Of a stretch of DNA of 64,000 nucleotides, positions 34,460-44,511 are shown one piece after another (the stretch's first letter is position 1; each line of letters begins with the position of its first letter). The position numbers and the translations under genes are program-made. The notes beneath the pieces are model-generated. The model was not told where the DNA came from. It saw only the letters and a list, made by a program, of their open reading frames with translations, and ran no database searches. The DNA comes from an uncultured Actinomycetota bacterium (GTDB taxonomy: Bacteria; Actinomycetota; Actinomycetes; JAHEKZ01), in NCBI GenBank assembly GCA_963829525.1, contig CAWHIJ010000003.1, positions 2,304,001 to 2,368,000 of the forward strand, given 5' to 3'.

Positions 34460-35640
34460 GCCGGCACCCGAAGGATGAGGGCGTCGCCTTGCCCGCCGCC
34501 GCCGCAGAGCGCCGCCGCACCAACGCCACCACCACGTCGCTTTAACTCCAGCGCAAGCGTCAGCGCCAACCGGGCCCCACTCATGCCGATGGGGTGGCCG
34601 AGAGCGATGGCACCCCCGTTGGGGTTCACCTTCTCTTCAGAGATGCCCAGCACCCGAGCAGACACGATGCCGACAGCGGCGAACGCCTCATTGATCTCGA
34701 GAACGTCTAGGTCGTCGACCGACAACCCCTCACGATCCAGCGCCTTCTTGATCGCGTTCGCTGGTTGCTCGTGAAGCGATGTGTCAGGTCCCGCCACGAT
34801 GCCGTGCGCTCCGATCTCGGCCAGCCAGTTCAGGCCCAGCTGCTCGGCCTTCGCCTTGCTCATCACCACGACCGCTGCGGCTCCGTCAGAGATCTGCGAT
34901 GCCGAACCGGCGGTGATCGTGCCATCCTTGCGGAACGCCGGACGCAGGCGTCCCAACGACTCGACCGTGGTGTCAGCGCGGATGCCCTCATCCTCGGCGA
35001 AGACAATCGGGTCACCACGACGCTGGGGGATTTCGACCGGAACGATCTCTTCGGCGAAGATGCCGTTCTTCTGGGCCACAGCCGCCCGCTGATGCGAGCG
35101 AGCGGAGAAGGCGTCCTGCTCCTGACGGGTCAACGAGTAGCGCTCGTTGTAGCCGTCGGTGGACGATCCCATGGGCTCGCCGTCAAACGCATCGGTCAGG
35201 CCATCGAAGGCCATCGCGTCGACCAGCTGGGTGTTGCCGTACTTGAATCCCTCGCGGGACTTCGGCAAGACGTGCGGGGCGTTGGTCATCGACTCCATGC
35301 CACCAGCCACCACGATCTGAACCTCCCCGGCGCGTATCAGCTGGTCGGCGAGGGCGATTGCGTCCAGGCCGCTGAGACACACCTTGTTTATGAGGATCGA
35401 GGGCACCGTCATGGGGATCCCGGCATCGGCGGCTGCCTTGCGCACCGGCAGCTGGCCGGCACCGGCCTGCAGAACCTGGCCCATGATCACGTAGTCAACC
35501 TGGTCGCCGCCCACCCCCGAACGTTCAAGGGCCGCCTTGATGGCCACCGACCCCAGCTCCGCGGCAGTGAAGCCCTTGAGTGATCCCAGCAGGCGCCCCA
35601 TTGGGGTACGCGCGCCGGTAACGATGACAGACGAGGTCAT
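34456..35640 (-). CDS. Acetyl-CoA C-acetyltransferase (thiolase)
   Basis: [30 protein letters not shown]. Confidence 0.96.
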   Translation of the reverse strand: MTSSVIVTGARTPMGRLLGSLKGFTAAELGSVAIKAALERSGVGGDQVDYVIMGQVLQAGAGQLPVRKAAADAGIPMTVPSILINKVCLSGLDAIALADQLIRAGEVQIVVAGGMESMTNAPHVLPKSREGFKYGNTQLVDAMAFDGLTDAFDGEPMGSSTDGYNERYSLTRQEQDAFSARSHQRAAVAQKNGIFAEEIVPVEIPQRRGDPIVFAEDEGIRADTTVESLGRLRPAFRKDGTITAGSASQISDGAAAVVVMSKAKAEQLGLNWLAEIGAHGIVAGPDTSLHEQPANAIKKALDREGLSVDDLDVLEINEAFAAVGIVSARVLGISEEKVNPNGGAIALGHPIGMSGARLALTLALELKRRGGGVGAAALCGGGGQGDALILRVPA

Positions 35641-35849
35641 GGACTGACCCTCCCATCCGAGACACGGAAATCTTAGGTACGGGTGATCGCTGCCCAGCCT
35701 AGGGCAGCATGGCGACAGCCCAGGCGACAACCCAGGCGATGGTCCTCGGATCAGTTGTCCGGGGTGAGATAGACCCCCGGCACGCTTCCGCAGCCGTGCC
35801 CTGCCACGATGTCATCCGGACCTCGACTCCACCGAGAGGGGATCTGGAG

Positions 35850-36293
35850 ATGGCATCAGCCACCCTGACCAACCTGTTCACCGCGATCGACCACGTCGGC
35901 GTCGCCGTCAGCGACCTCGACGAGGCCATCGCCTACTACCGCGACGTCTTCGGCATGCAGCTGGCGCATGAGGAAAGCAACCCCGATCAAGGGGTGCGCG
36001 AGGCGATGATGAGCGTCGGTGACTCCGGCTCCTATGTGCAGCTGCTCGCGCCACTGTCGCCAGACTCACCGATCGGCAAGTTCCTCGACCGCAGTGGCCC
36101 GGGGCTGCAGCAGGTGGCCTATCGCGTCGATGACATCGCGGCTGTCAGCGCGATCCTCCGTGAACGCGGTTGCCGGCTGCTCTACGACGAACCGCGTCCA
36201 GGCACGGCCGGCGCTGTGATCAACTTCGTCCATCCCAAGGACGCCGGTGGCGTCCTGCTCGAACTCGTGCAGCCGCCGAAGTCGGCCCACTAG
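35850..36293 (+). CDS. mce: Methylmalonyl/ethylmalonyl-CoA epimerase
   Basis: IDHVGVAV, QGVREAM, FVHPKDAGGVLLELV. Confidence 0.94.
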   Translation: MASATLTNLFTAIDHVGVAVSDLDEAIAYYRDVFGMQLAHEESNPDQGVREAMMSVGDSGSYVQLLAPLSPDSPIGKFLDRSGPGLQQVAYRVDDIAAVSAILRERGCRLLYDEPRPGTAGAVINFVHPKDAGGVLLELVQPPKSAH

Positions 36294-36330
36294 AGTCCTG
36301 ACCCTGCGACCATCCGTCCCGGAGGCCGAC

Positions 36331-37677
36331 GTGCAGCCCATGCAGCAGATCATTGACGCCATCACCTCAAGCGAGGCGTCGTCTGACGACTTCGCGGCTC
36401 TCGAGGTTCCCGAGTCGTACACCGGGGCGCTTCTCCGCCAGGAGGACGAGAAGATGTTCGAGGGCGTGCCAACCTTCGACCGCGACCCGCGCAAGTCGCT
36501 GCGTATCGAGGACGTTCCGGTCCCCGAGGTCGGACCCGGCGAGGCCCTCATCGCGGTCATGGCCTCGTCGATCAACTACAACACCGTCTGGTCGAGCATC
36601 TTCGAACCCGTGTCTACCTTCGGATTCCTGCGCCGCTACGGACGCACGTCTCCCCTGGCCAAGCGTCATGACCTGCCCTACCACGTCATCGGGTCCGACC
36701 TGTCCGGCGTTGTTCTGCGCACCGGTCCAGGCGTCCACGTCTGGCACCCAGGCGACGAAGTCGTCGCACACTGCCAGTCGGTCGAGCTGGAGAGCCCGCT
36801 CGGTCACAACGACACCATGCTCGACCCCGAGCAGCGGATCTGGGGCTTTGAGACAAACTTCGGTGGGCTTGCGCAGCTGGCTTTGGTCAAGTCGAACCAG
36901 CTGCTCGAAAAGCCGGCCCACCTCAACTGGGAGGAAGCCGCGTCGCCCGGTCTGGTCAACAGCACCGCTTACCGCCAGCTGGTCAGTCGCAATGGCGCGG
37001 GCATGAAGCAGGGGGACATCGTCCTGATCTGGGGAGCGAGCGGTGGCCTCGGCTCCTACGCCACTCAGATGGCGCTCAACGGAGGAGCCACGCCTGTCTG
37101 CATCGTGTCGTCCCCTGAGAAGGCCGAGATCGTCCGCAGCATGGGCGCCGATCTCATCATCGACCGCAGCGCAGAGAGCTACCGGTTCTGGAAGGACGAG
37201 TCCACCCAGGATCCGTCGGAGTGGAAAAGATTCGGTAGCAAGATTCGCGAGCTCACCGGTGGCGACGACGTCGACATCGTCTTCGAACACCCTGGACGGG
37301 AGACCTTTGGCGCGAGCGTCTACGTCGCGCGCAAGGGCGGGACGATCGTCACGTGCGCGTCGACCTCCGGTTACATGCACGAGTACGACAACAGGTACTT
37401 CTGGATGAACCTTAAGCGCATTGTCGGATCACACTTTGCCAACTACCGCGAGGCATGGGAGGCCAACCGCCTCATCCAGCGTGGCAAGATCCACCCGACG
37501 CTGTCGAAGTCCTACCCCCTCGTCGAGACCGGTCAGGCCGCCTTCGAGGTGCACCGCAACATGCACCAGGGAAAGGTCGGCGTGCTGTGCCTGGCGCCTG
37601 AAGAAGGGCTCGGAGTCCGTGACCCCGAACTTCGTGCCAAGCACCTGGACGCGATCAACCGCTTCCGCGAGAAGTAG
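36331..37677 (+). CDS. ccrA: Crotonyl-CoA carboxylase/reductase
   Basis: VMASSINYNTVW, QRIWGFETNFG, WGASGGLG, FEHPGRETF, GSHFANY; GGAGG SD. Confidence 0.96.
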   Translation: MQPMQQIIDAITSSEASSDDFAALEVPESYTGALLRQEDEKMFEGVPTFDRDPRKSLRIEDVPVPEVGPGEALIAVMASSINYNTVWSSIFEPVSTFGFLRRYGRTSPLAKRHDLPYHVIGSDLSGVVLRTGPGVHVWHPGDEVVAHCQSVELESPLGHNDTMLDPEQRIWGFETNFGGLAQLALVKSNQLLEKPAHLNWEEAASPGLVNSTAYRQLVSRNGAGMKQGDIVLIWGASGGLGSYATQMALNGGATPVCIVSSPEKAEIVRSMGADLIIDRSAESYRFWKDESTQDPSEWKRFGSKIRELTGGDDVDIVFEHPGRETFGASVYVARKGGTIVTCASTSGYMHEYDNRYFWMNLKRIVGSHFANYREAWEANRLIQRGKIHPTLSKSYPLVETGQAAFEVHRNMHQGKVGVLCLAPEEGLGVRDPELRAKHLDAINRFREK

Positions 37678-37683
37678 GTCGGC

Positions 37684-38424
37684 TCACCCGTCCACGCGGC
37701 GCATCAGGCGTCGCAGTGCCGACGCCACCTCAGCAGGGGCCTCGAGCGGAGTGAGGTGTCCAGCATTGGCGACGACGACGAGTTCACCGTCGGACAGAAC
37801 CGCGGCCATCGCCTCCGCGTCAGAAGGTGGCGAAAGGACGTCTTCAGCGCCCACTGCGACGAGTGCGGGAACATCGATCGCGGCGAGAGTCGGCACCGAG
37901 TCGGGCCGCACCGCCATGGCCAACTGCGCCCAGGCGGCTGCGGCAGGGGGTGCAGCACTCACCGATGCTCGTACGGACGCAGCAAGCTCTGGCCGCTGCG
38001 CGTGCGTCGTGGCCCCCAGCAACTTTGGGTAGACGTTCTCGAGCAGCGGCACAGTAGTCGCTTGGTCGCGCATGACACGTGCCATGGCGCGGCGTCCCGC
38101 TGCCGCCGACTCAGCGTCGGCCGACGCCTTGGTATCGATCAGCGCCAGCCCGGCGACTCGTTCGCGATAGCGGCGACAGAAGGCCATTGCGGTGTAGCCA
38201 CCCATCGACGTGCCGCCGATGACGACGCGGTCAAGAGCTGCTGCATCGAGTTCTCGCGCAACGTGGTCGGCATAGACATCGAGACTCGGCTCGAGATCAG
38301 GCACGCTCGAGCCACCAAACCCTGGCAGGTTCGGTGTGAGCAGTCTCCCGTTGAAAGCTGCTGCCACGTCGGCGTACATCGCGGCGTTCAACGGGAAGGC
38401 GTGCAGCAAGACCAATGGTGTCAT
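37684..38424 (-). CDS. Alpha/beta hydrolase
   Basis: LLHAFPL, GTSMGG nucleophile elbow, AGHLTPLE. Confidence 0.9.
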   Translation of the reverse strand: MTPLVLLHAFPLNAAMYADVAAAFNGRLLTPNLPGFGGSSVPDLEPSLDVYADHVARELDAAALDRVVIGGTSMGGYTAMAFCRRYRERVAGLALIDTKASADAESAAAGRRAMARVMRDQATTVPLLENVYPKLLGATTHAQRPELAASVRASVSAAPPAAAAWAQLAMAVRPDSVPTLAAIDVPALVAVGAEDVLSPPSDAEAMAAVLSDGELVVVANAGHLTPLEAPAEVASALRRLMRRVDG

Positions 38425-38439
38425 GGTGTTGAGGACCTC

Positions 38440-39516
38440 TCAGGGACTGGCTGACAGGACGACGAACCCTGCGAAGAGCACCAGGTGCACGCCGCCCTGC
38501 ATCACGGTGGACCTGCCCGGAGTAATGGTCAAGGCTGCCACGAACATCGTGATCGCGAGTAGCACGACCTGAACAGGCGCAAGACCGAGGAGCAGCGGGG
38601 TATCGATGATCTCTGACAACACCGCGATCACGGGAATCGTCAGCCCGATACTCGCCATTGCCGAGCCCAGCGCGAGATTCAGGCTGGCCTGCATCTGGTT
38701 GCCCCACGCCGCGCGAACAGCCGCTGCTCCCTCGGGAAGCAGGATCAAGAAGGCGATCACCACACCGACGAAGGATGCAGGGAGTCCGGCGGCATCGATC
38801 CCTTCCTCGATGTTGGGCGAGACGGTCTTTGCCAACCCCACGACGGCGACCAGTGCCACCACGAGCAACACCAGACTTGTCACGGCTTCCCTTGCACCGG
38901 GCGAGCTGGCGACGAGGGCATCATCTCGATCATCGGTGGCATCGTCCGATACGAAGTAGTCGCGATGGCGGATCGCTTGCACGAAGACGAAGAGCCCGTA
39001 GAGGGAGAGCGACGCCAAGGATGCGTAGGCGAGCTGTCCACCGCTCAGCGTCGGCCCCGAAGTCGTTGTCGTGTAGGCAGGAACCACAAGAGTCAAGGTG
39101 GCCAGGGCAGCTACTGTCGCGAGCGCTGCGCCAGAGCCTTCTGCGTTGAACGTGGGGATGTGGTGTCGAAACGCCGCCGTCAGAAGCGCCACTCCGATGA
39201 TCCCGTTGCAGGTGATCATGACGGCCGAGAAGACGGTGTCCCGAGCCAAGGATGAAGGCTCAGGCCCAGCCGAGACCATCACTGCGACGATGAGGGCCAC
39301 CTCGATCACGGTGACGGCCACCGCAAGGATCAACGTCCCGAACGGTTCGCCGACACGGTGGGCGACGATCTCGGCGTGGTACACGGCAGCGACGATCGTT
39401 ACCGCAAGCAGCGCGACATCGACGCCAAGGGTCAACCCGTTGAGCGGACGGTCCCACGACACGACGAGGGCGACCAACGCCGCCCAAGGCGCCACAAAGG
39501 CAAGGCGCCGGATCAC
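38440..39516 (-). CDS. Ca2+/H+ (CaCA family, ChaA/Y4hA-like) antiporter
   Basis: HAEIVAHRVGEPFGTLILAVAVTVIEV, LLPEG, SLNLALGSAMASIGLTIP; GTGA overlap. Confidence 0.9.
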   Translation of the reverse strand: MIRRLAFVAPWAALVALVVSWDRPLNGLTLGVDVALLAVTIVAAVYHAEIVAHRVGEPFGTLILAVAVTVIEVALIVAVMVSAGPEPSSLARDTVFSAVMITCNGIIGVALLTAAFRHHIPTFNAEGSGAALATVAALATLTLVVPAYTTTTSGPTLSGGQLAYASLASLSLYGLFVFVQAIRHRDYFVSDDATDDRDDALVASSPGAREAVTSLVLLVVALVAVVGLAKTVSPNIEEGIDAAGLPASFVGVVIAFLILLPEGAAAVRAAWGNQMQASLNLALGSAMASIGLTIPVIAVLSEIIDTPLLLGLAPVQVVLLAITMFVAALTITPGRSTVMQGGVHLVLFAGFVVLSASP

Positions 39517-40241
39517 GGGGCATCCTCCTCGCGCCACTCGGTGGGCAGCTTGACCGGACGTCCCAACGCGACGGACGCGACGACGTTGAGCACCTGGCTG
39601 ACGTAGTTCTCCCCCACCCAGAGGTGCTTGGCCCCTTCGACGCCGATCACCGTGGCCGTCGGCACCACCGCAAATCGCTGGCGGGCCTCGTCCGGGCGCA
39701 AGTAGTCGTCGAGCTCGGGAACCAGGACTGTCATGGGGATGCGGCTGTCCGCCCAAGCTGCAAGCTCAACCTCGGAGGTGTAGCGAAGGGCCGGCGACAA
39801 CAGCACCACCGAATCCACGCCGGTCTGACGCCCGTACTTGAGCACGAGGTCGGTCCCAAACGACCAGCCGAGAAGTACGACGGGAGGTGCACCCAGATCG
39901 AGCCCGGCCGCCATCGCGGCATCGACATCGAACCGCTCACCACGAGCCTCGTCGAAGATGCCTTCGCTCGTGCCGTGGGGCGAGGTCGTCCCACGCGTGT
40001 TGAAGCGCAGCACGGCGATGTCGGCCAGGGCCGGTAGCCGGAGGGATGCCTTCCGGATCACGTGCGAGTCCATGAACCCCCCAGCCGTCGGCAGCGGATG
40101 AAACGTCACGAGCGTTGCAGCGGGAGCAGCGTCCAGGGGAATCGACCACTCCGCAACGAGATCAAGACCATCGCCTGTGTGCAGGGTGAACACGTCACGA
40201 CGAGCCGGAAGCTCAGTGTTGGATCGGATTTCGACCGTCAT
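39513..40241 (-). CDS. Alpha/beta hydrolase (conserved actinobacterial)
   Basis: HPLPTAGGFMD, RFNTRG, GWSFG, AKHLWVG. Confidence 0.88.
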   Translation of the reverse strand: MTVEIRSNTELPARRDVFTLHTGDGLDLVAEWSIPLDAAPAATLVTFHPLPTAGGFMDSHVIRKASLRLPALADIAVLRFNTRGTTSPHGTSEGIFDEARGERFDVDAAMAAGLDLGAPPVVLLGWSFGTDLVLKYGRQTGVDSVVLLSPALRYTSEVELAAWADSRIPMTVLVPELDDYLRPDEARQRFAVVPTATVIGVEGAKHLWVGENYVSQVLNVVASVALGRPVKLPTEWREEDAP

Positions 40242-40513
40242 CGCGGACCGCGACGATCGCGCGCGTTCCAGCACGTCGTGTGCCAGTGACGGCGCCGGTC
40301 GATTCCGTCACCGACGATGGCGGTCTCGGGCCAGACCACCATGTGCGGTGTGGCAGGAGGGATCAGCTGGTCGCAGCCAGGGCACCGGTAAGGCTTGGTC
40401 GACGACGAACCGCGAATCGGCCGGACCACCCAGGGCTCCCCCTGCCAGTCGACTGTCGTCTCGACGGCCGACACCGGTTTGGTCGGTCGCGACTTCGGCC
40501 GGCGCTTACTCAT
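40238..40513 (-). CDS. Small conserved CxxC zinc-ribbon-like protein
   Basis: KPYRCPGCDQ...PHMVVWP...RRHWHTTCW; ATGA overlap with downstream hydrolase. Confidence 0.8.
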   Translation of the reverse strand: MSKRRPKSRPTKPVSAVETTVDWQGEPWVVRPIRGSSSTKPYRCPGCDQLIPPATPHMVVWPETAIVGDGIDRRRHWHTTCWNARDRRGPR

Positions 40514-40516
40514 GGA

Positions 40517-42294
40517 TCAGGCGTAGACGCGGAACCCGCGCGTCGACTTCCGGCCGAGGTACCCGGCGGTGACGAGGTGTTCGAGCAAAGGCGCGGGAGC
40601 GTACCCAGGCTCACGGAACTCGAGGTAAAGCGTCCGCTGAATGGCCAGTGCGACGTCTAGCCCCACGACATCGAGCAGCTCGAACGGCCCCATCGGATAT
40701 CCGCAGCCGACCTTCATCGCATTGTCGATGTCGTCAGCGGTCGCGTAGTGCGCCTCAAGCATCCGCACTGCATCATTCAAGTACGGGAAGAGCAGAGCGT
40801 TGACGATGAACCCGGCACGGTCGCCACACGTGACCGGATGCTTGCCGACCCGCTCGCAGACCTGGCGGACCGTCTCGACCACCTCGGGGCCGGTGTTGAT
40901 GGTGTGCACCACCTCGACCAGCTTCATCACCGGCGCCGGGTTGAAGAAATGCATACCGACGACGTCCCTCATCCGGGCTGTCGACGCCGCGATCTCGACG
41001 ATGGGCAGACTCGAGGTGGTGGTTGCCAAGATCGCGCCGGGCTTGGCTAGCTCGTCCAGCGTGGCGAAGATCGCCTGCTTGACCGAAAGCTCCTCAACTG
41101 TCGCCTCCAGGAAGAGGTCGCAGTCAGCGAGGTCATCGAAGGAGGTACTGCCGCTGAAACGTCCGAGTGCGGCATCGCGCTCCTCCTCGGTGATCTTCCC
41201 TCTGACGACGGCTTTCTCCAGGGATTTGCCTATAGAGAGCCGCGCCTTGTCGATCTGCTCCGTACCGCGCGCGCGAAGCACCACGTCGTACCCGGCCTTG
41301 CAGAAAACCTCAGCGATCCCCACGGCCATCGTTCCTGAGCCAACAACTCCGACCCGTTGGATGGGACGCGGCCTCTGAGCCATCGCCATTCGGCACCGGT
41401 GTCTGTGCATCGGCGACGAAAGCCGGTGACCCCGGTGCCTCGTAGGTGTAGAAGCCGCGTCCGGTCTTGCGACCCTTCACGCCGGCCGTCACCATCTGCT
41501 TGATGATCGGAGCAGGGGCGTGGAGGCGGTCACGCGTCTGCTTGTACATCGTGTCGAGGATCTCGTAGGCGGTATCGAGCCCGATCAGGTCGAGCAGCGC
41601 GAGGGGTCCCATCGGAAGGCCGCAGCCCAGCTTCATCGCGGCATCGATGTCTTCACGCGTCGCGTAGCGCTGCTCATACATCGCAGCGGCATGGTTGAGG
41701 TAGCCGAAGAGAAGCGCGTTGGCGATGAAGCCTGCCTTGTCGCCCACGACGACGGGAACCTTGCCGAGTCGCTCGCTGAGCGCTTTGACGTCGTCGATCA
41801 CCTGGGCGTCAGTGACGACGGTGCGGATGACCTCGACGAGCTTCAGAACCGGAGCCGGGTTGAAGAAGTGCATGCCGACCACCTGGGCCGGCCGATGCGT
41901 CGCCACCGAGATCTCGGTGACCGACAACGACGAGGTGTTTGTGGCGAGGATCGCGTCGGGGGCCGTGATCCGGTCGAGCTCGGCGAAGATCTGCTGCTTG
42001 AGCTCAAGCTTCTCTGGTACTGCCTCGACCACCAGGTGGCAGTCCGCCAGGTCCTCCAGCGACGAGGTAAAGGTGATCCGGTCAAAGATCGCCTGCTTCT
42101 CCTCTTCCGAGAGCTTGCCGCGCTTGACCGCTCGCGAGGTGGACGTCTCGACGTGCTCGATGCCACTGGGCAATGCGCGACTCGTCACGCTCGACGGCGA
42201 CGACCTCGAGGCCGTTGCGTGCGAACACTTCCGAGATGCCCGCTCCCATGGTGCCGAGGCCGACAACCCCGACCCGGGTGAACTCACGTGCCAT
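40517..42294 (-). CDS. Tandem-domain 3-hydroxyacyl-CoA dehydrogenase (frameshifts near 42170 and 41390)
   Basis: MAREFTRVGVVGLGTMG; two HFFNPAPV domains across ORFs 42082..42294, 41310..42365 and 40517..41410. Confidence 0.9.
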
Positions 42295-42419
42295 GACCTA
42301 CTCCTGTGCTGCAACCTGCCGGGACTGGGCCCGGAGCGAGAGCGCGTCAGGCATGACGCCGCCACGACGATCCTCCCACCCCCACGTCAGGTTGGCTGGA
42401 CCCCGGGTAGCGTGATGGC

Positions 42420-43098
42420 GTGCGCCTGGTCATTGCCCTTTGCAGCGTGGATTACGTGGGCCGACTCAACGCCCATCTGCCCATGGCAATGCGTCTCATT
42501 CTGGTCAAGTCCGACGGATCGGTGTCGATCCACGCCGACGACCGGGCGTACAAGCCGCTCAACTGGATGAGCCCCCCGTGCCGCACGACCTTTGACGTTG
42601 ACGACGCCGGGATCGGCACCTGGGTAGTCAGCCATACCAAGACGGGTGACCAGCTGACGATCACGATCGAAGAGGTCCTCCACGACAGCGAGCACGAGCT
42701 CGGCATCGATCCCGGTCTGCAGAAGGACGGGGTCGAAGCCCACCTGCAGGCGCTCCTCGCTGAGCACATCGAGTCGATCGGCAAGGGGTGGACGCTCATC
42801 CGGCGCGAGTACGGAACGGCCATCGGACCGGTGGACATCATGGCGCGTGACGCCGATGGCGCGTCCGTTGCCATCGAGATCAAGCGGCGCGGCGACATCG
42901 ACGGCGTTGAACAGCTCACCCGGTACCTCGAACTCCTCAACCGCGATCCGCTCTTGGCTCCGGTTCGTGGAGTGTTCGCCGCTCAGGAGATCAAGCCACA
43001 GGCCAAGGTCTTGGCTAACGACCGCGGAATTCGAGTGCTTCACCCTCGACTACGACGCCCTCCGCGGCCGTGACAAGCCCGAGGATCGGCTCTTCTGA
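42420..43098 (+). CDS. nucS: Mismatch-specific endonuclease NucS/EndoMS (frameshift near 43040)
   Basis: [40 protein letters not shown]; typical tail TLDYDALRG...DRLF lies in the alternative frame ending 43098. Confidence 0.95.
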
Positions 43099-43162
43099 CT
43101 TCTCCGCAGACGGCTGGCCACTCACGAGCAGCAGCCGGTCAGCACGCCCTACATTGGCCGAT

Positions 43163-43327
43163 ATGCCAAACGACCCGAATCTCGAACGCAGGATGAACCG
43201 GCTCGAGAACGAGACCGTCGCGATCTACGAACTGATCGACGACTTCCGCAGCGAAACACGGACCCGCTTCGACCGGATAGAGACCACCCTGGGTGAGGTA
43301 CTACAACGACTCCCCGAACCAACCTGA
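43163..43327 (+). CDS. Small hypothetical coiled-coil protein (54 aa)
   Basis: MPNDPNLERRMNRLENETVAIYELIDDFRSETRTRFDRIETTLGEVLQRLPEPT; TACATT -10 seven nt before ATG. Confidence 0.6.
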   Translation: MPNDPNLERRMNRLENETVAIYELIDDFRSETRTRFDRIETTLGEVLQRLPEPT

Positions 43328-43366
43328 CAGGCCAACCCCAGAACGCGACAGTCAGATCGCGGCCAG

Positions 43367-43401
43367 ACCCGGCACCTCGAGCTCCTCAACCGCCATCTGC
43401 T
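43367..43401 (+). repeat. Degenerate copy of a nucS internal segment (42918..42952)
   Basis: 31/35 nt identical by manual alignment. Confidence 0.75.
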
Positions 43402-43470
43402 GCCGAGCAGACGCTCTGCTCCCTGCCGAACGGCTCTTGCGCAGCCCAGGAGGATCCGTAGGCTGAGCGC

Positions 43471-43863
43471 ATGGCTGGATTCCTGGACAAGGCGAAGCAA
43501 GTTGCACAGCAGGCGCTCGACGAGGCGAAGAAGGGCGTTGAGACCGGTCAGGCCAAGTTGGATGACGTGCAGGCGAAGAAGGAAGCCGGCCGCGTCCTCA
43601 CAGCCCTCGGTGCCGCGTTTTACGCCGAGCAGCGCACGGGTGGACCGCGCAGCGACGTCGATTCGGCACTGAAGGCGGTCGATGAGTATGTGACGGTGAA
43701 CGGCACAAGCGGTTTCCCGAATGACGAGGAGTCGGCACCGCCTCCCCCGCCACCAGCTCCCGCACCGATGCCTGCCCCCACTCCTCCGCCGACGCCCCCC
43801 GCATCACCGCCGCCTCCGACGCCCGCTGGCGGTTCGGCCTACGATCTTCCCCCTAGCCCCTAG
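43471..43863 (+). CDS. Hypothetical protein with Pro-rich C-terminus
   Basis: MAGFLDKAKQVAQQALD amphipathic helices; TAGGCT -10 six nt before ATG. Confidence 0.78.
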   Translation: MAGFLDKAKQVAQQALDEAKKGVETGQAKLDDVQAKKEAGRVLTALGAAFYAEQRTGGPRSDVDSALKAVDEYVTVNGTSGFPNDEESAPPPPPPAPAPMPAPTPPPTPPASPPPPTPAGGSAYDLPPSP

Positions 43864-43884
43864 CCCCAGCCCCTGCCCGAAGCG

Positions 43885-44511
43885 TCAGCCGACGCCATTC
43901 CGTTCGGCCCAGACGGCAGCTTGGGTCCGGTCGAGCACCCCGATCCGTTGAAAGCACGACGTCAGGTGGGCCTTGACCGTCCGCTCGGTTATCCCCAGGC
44001 GTCGGGCGATCTGCTTGTTCGACAGTCCCTGCCTCACGAGCCCAAGCACCTCGGTCTCGCGGGCAGTGAGTTCGACCCTGACCCGTGATGGCTTCTCTGC
44101 GCGTGCCGATAGAAGCTCGCGGGCCGCGCGCGGATGCAGCGGCGACTCCCCTCTGGCAGCAGCCCTGACTCCCGCAAGAATCTCGTCAGGGGAGGCGTCC
44201 TTGAGCAGGTAGCCGACGGCCCCGGCGTCGATCGCTCCTACGATCCGGTCACGGTCGGAGAACGAGGTGACGATCACCACTGCAATCTCGGGGTGGGCCT
44301 CACCGAGTGCCGCAGTCGCCGCGACGCCGTCCATCACCGGCATCTGCAAGTCCATCAGAATCACATCAGGGTTCATGAGTTCAGCCAGCTCGATGGCTTC
44401 CGCTCCGTTGACGGCGAGCCCCACGACTTCGATATCGGAGGTGCTAGCCAGCAGCTGCTGCAGGCCAGCGCGCAGCATCGAGTGGTCGTCGACAACCAGG
44501 ACCGAGATCAC
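43885..44511 (-). CDS. NarL/LuxR family response regulator
   Basis: VVDDH, DVILMDLQMPVMDG, LTARETEVL...SNKQIA...TVKAH. Confidence 0.95.
   Translation of the reverse strand: MISVLVVDDHSMLRAGLQQLLASTSDIEVVGLAVNGAEAIELAELMNPDVILMDLQMPVMDGVAATAALGEAHPEIAVVIVTSFSDRDRIVGAIDAGAVGYLLKDASPDEILAGVRAAARGESPLHPRAARELLSARAEKPSRVRVELTARETEVLGLVRQGLSNKQIARRLGITERTVKAHLTSCFQRIGVLDRTQAAVWAERNGVG

Noticed and set aside
43148-43162. CCTACATTGGCCGAT resembling a half-site of the 29236 operator
   Set aside because: No partner arm; better explained as the TACATT -10 of a leaderless ORF.
43736-43875. C-rich low-complexity repeats
   Set aside because: They encode the Pro-rich tail of orf43471 plus a short CCCCTAG duplication at the stop; not a repeat element.
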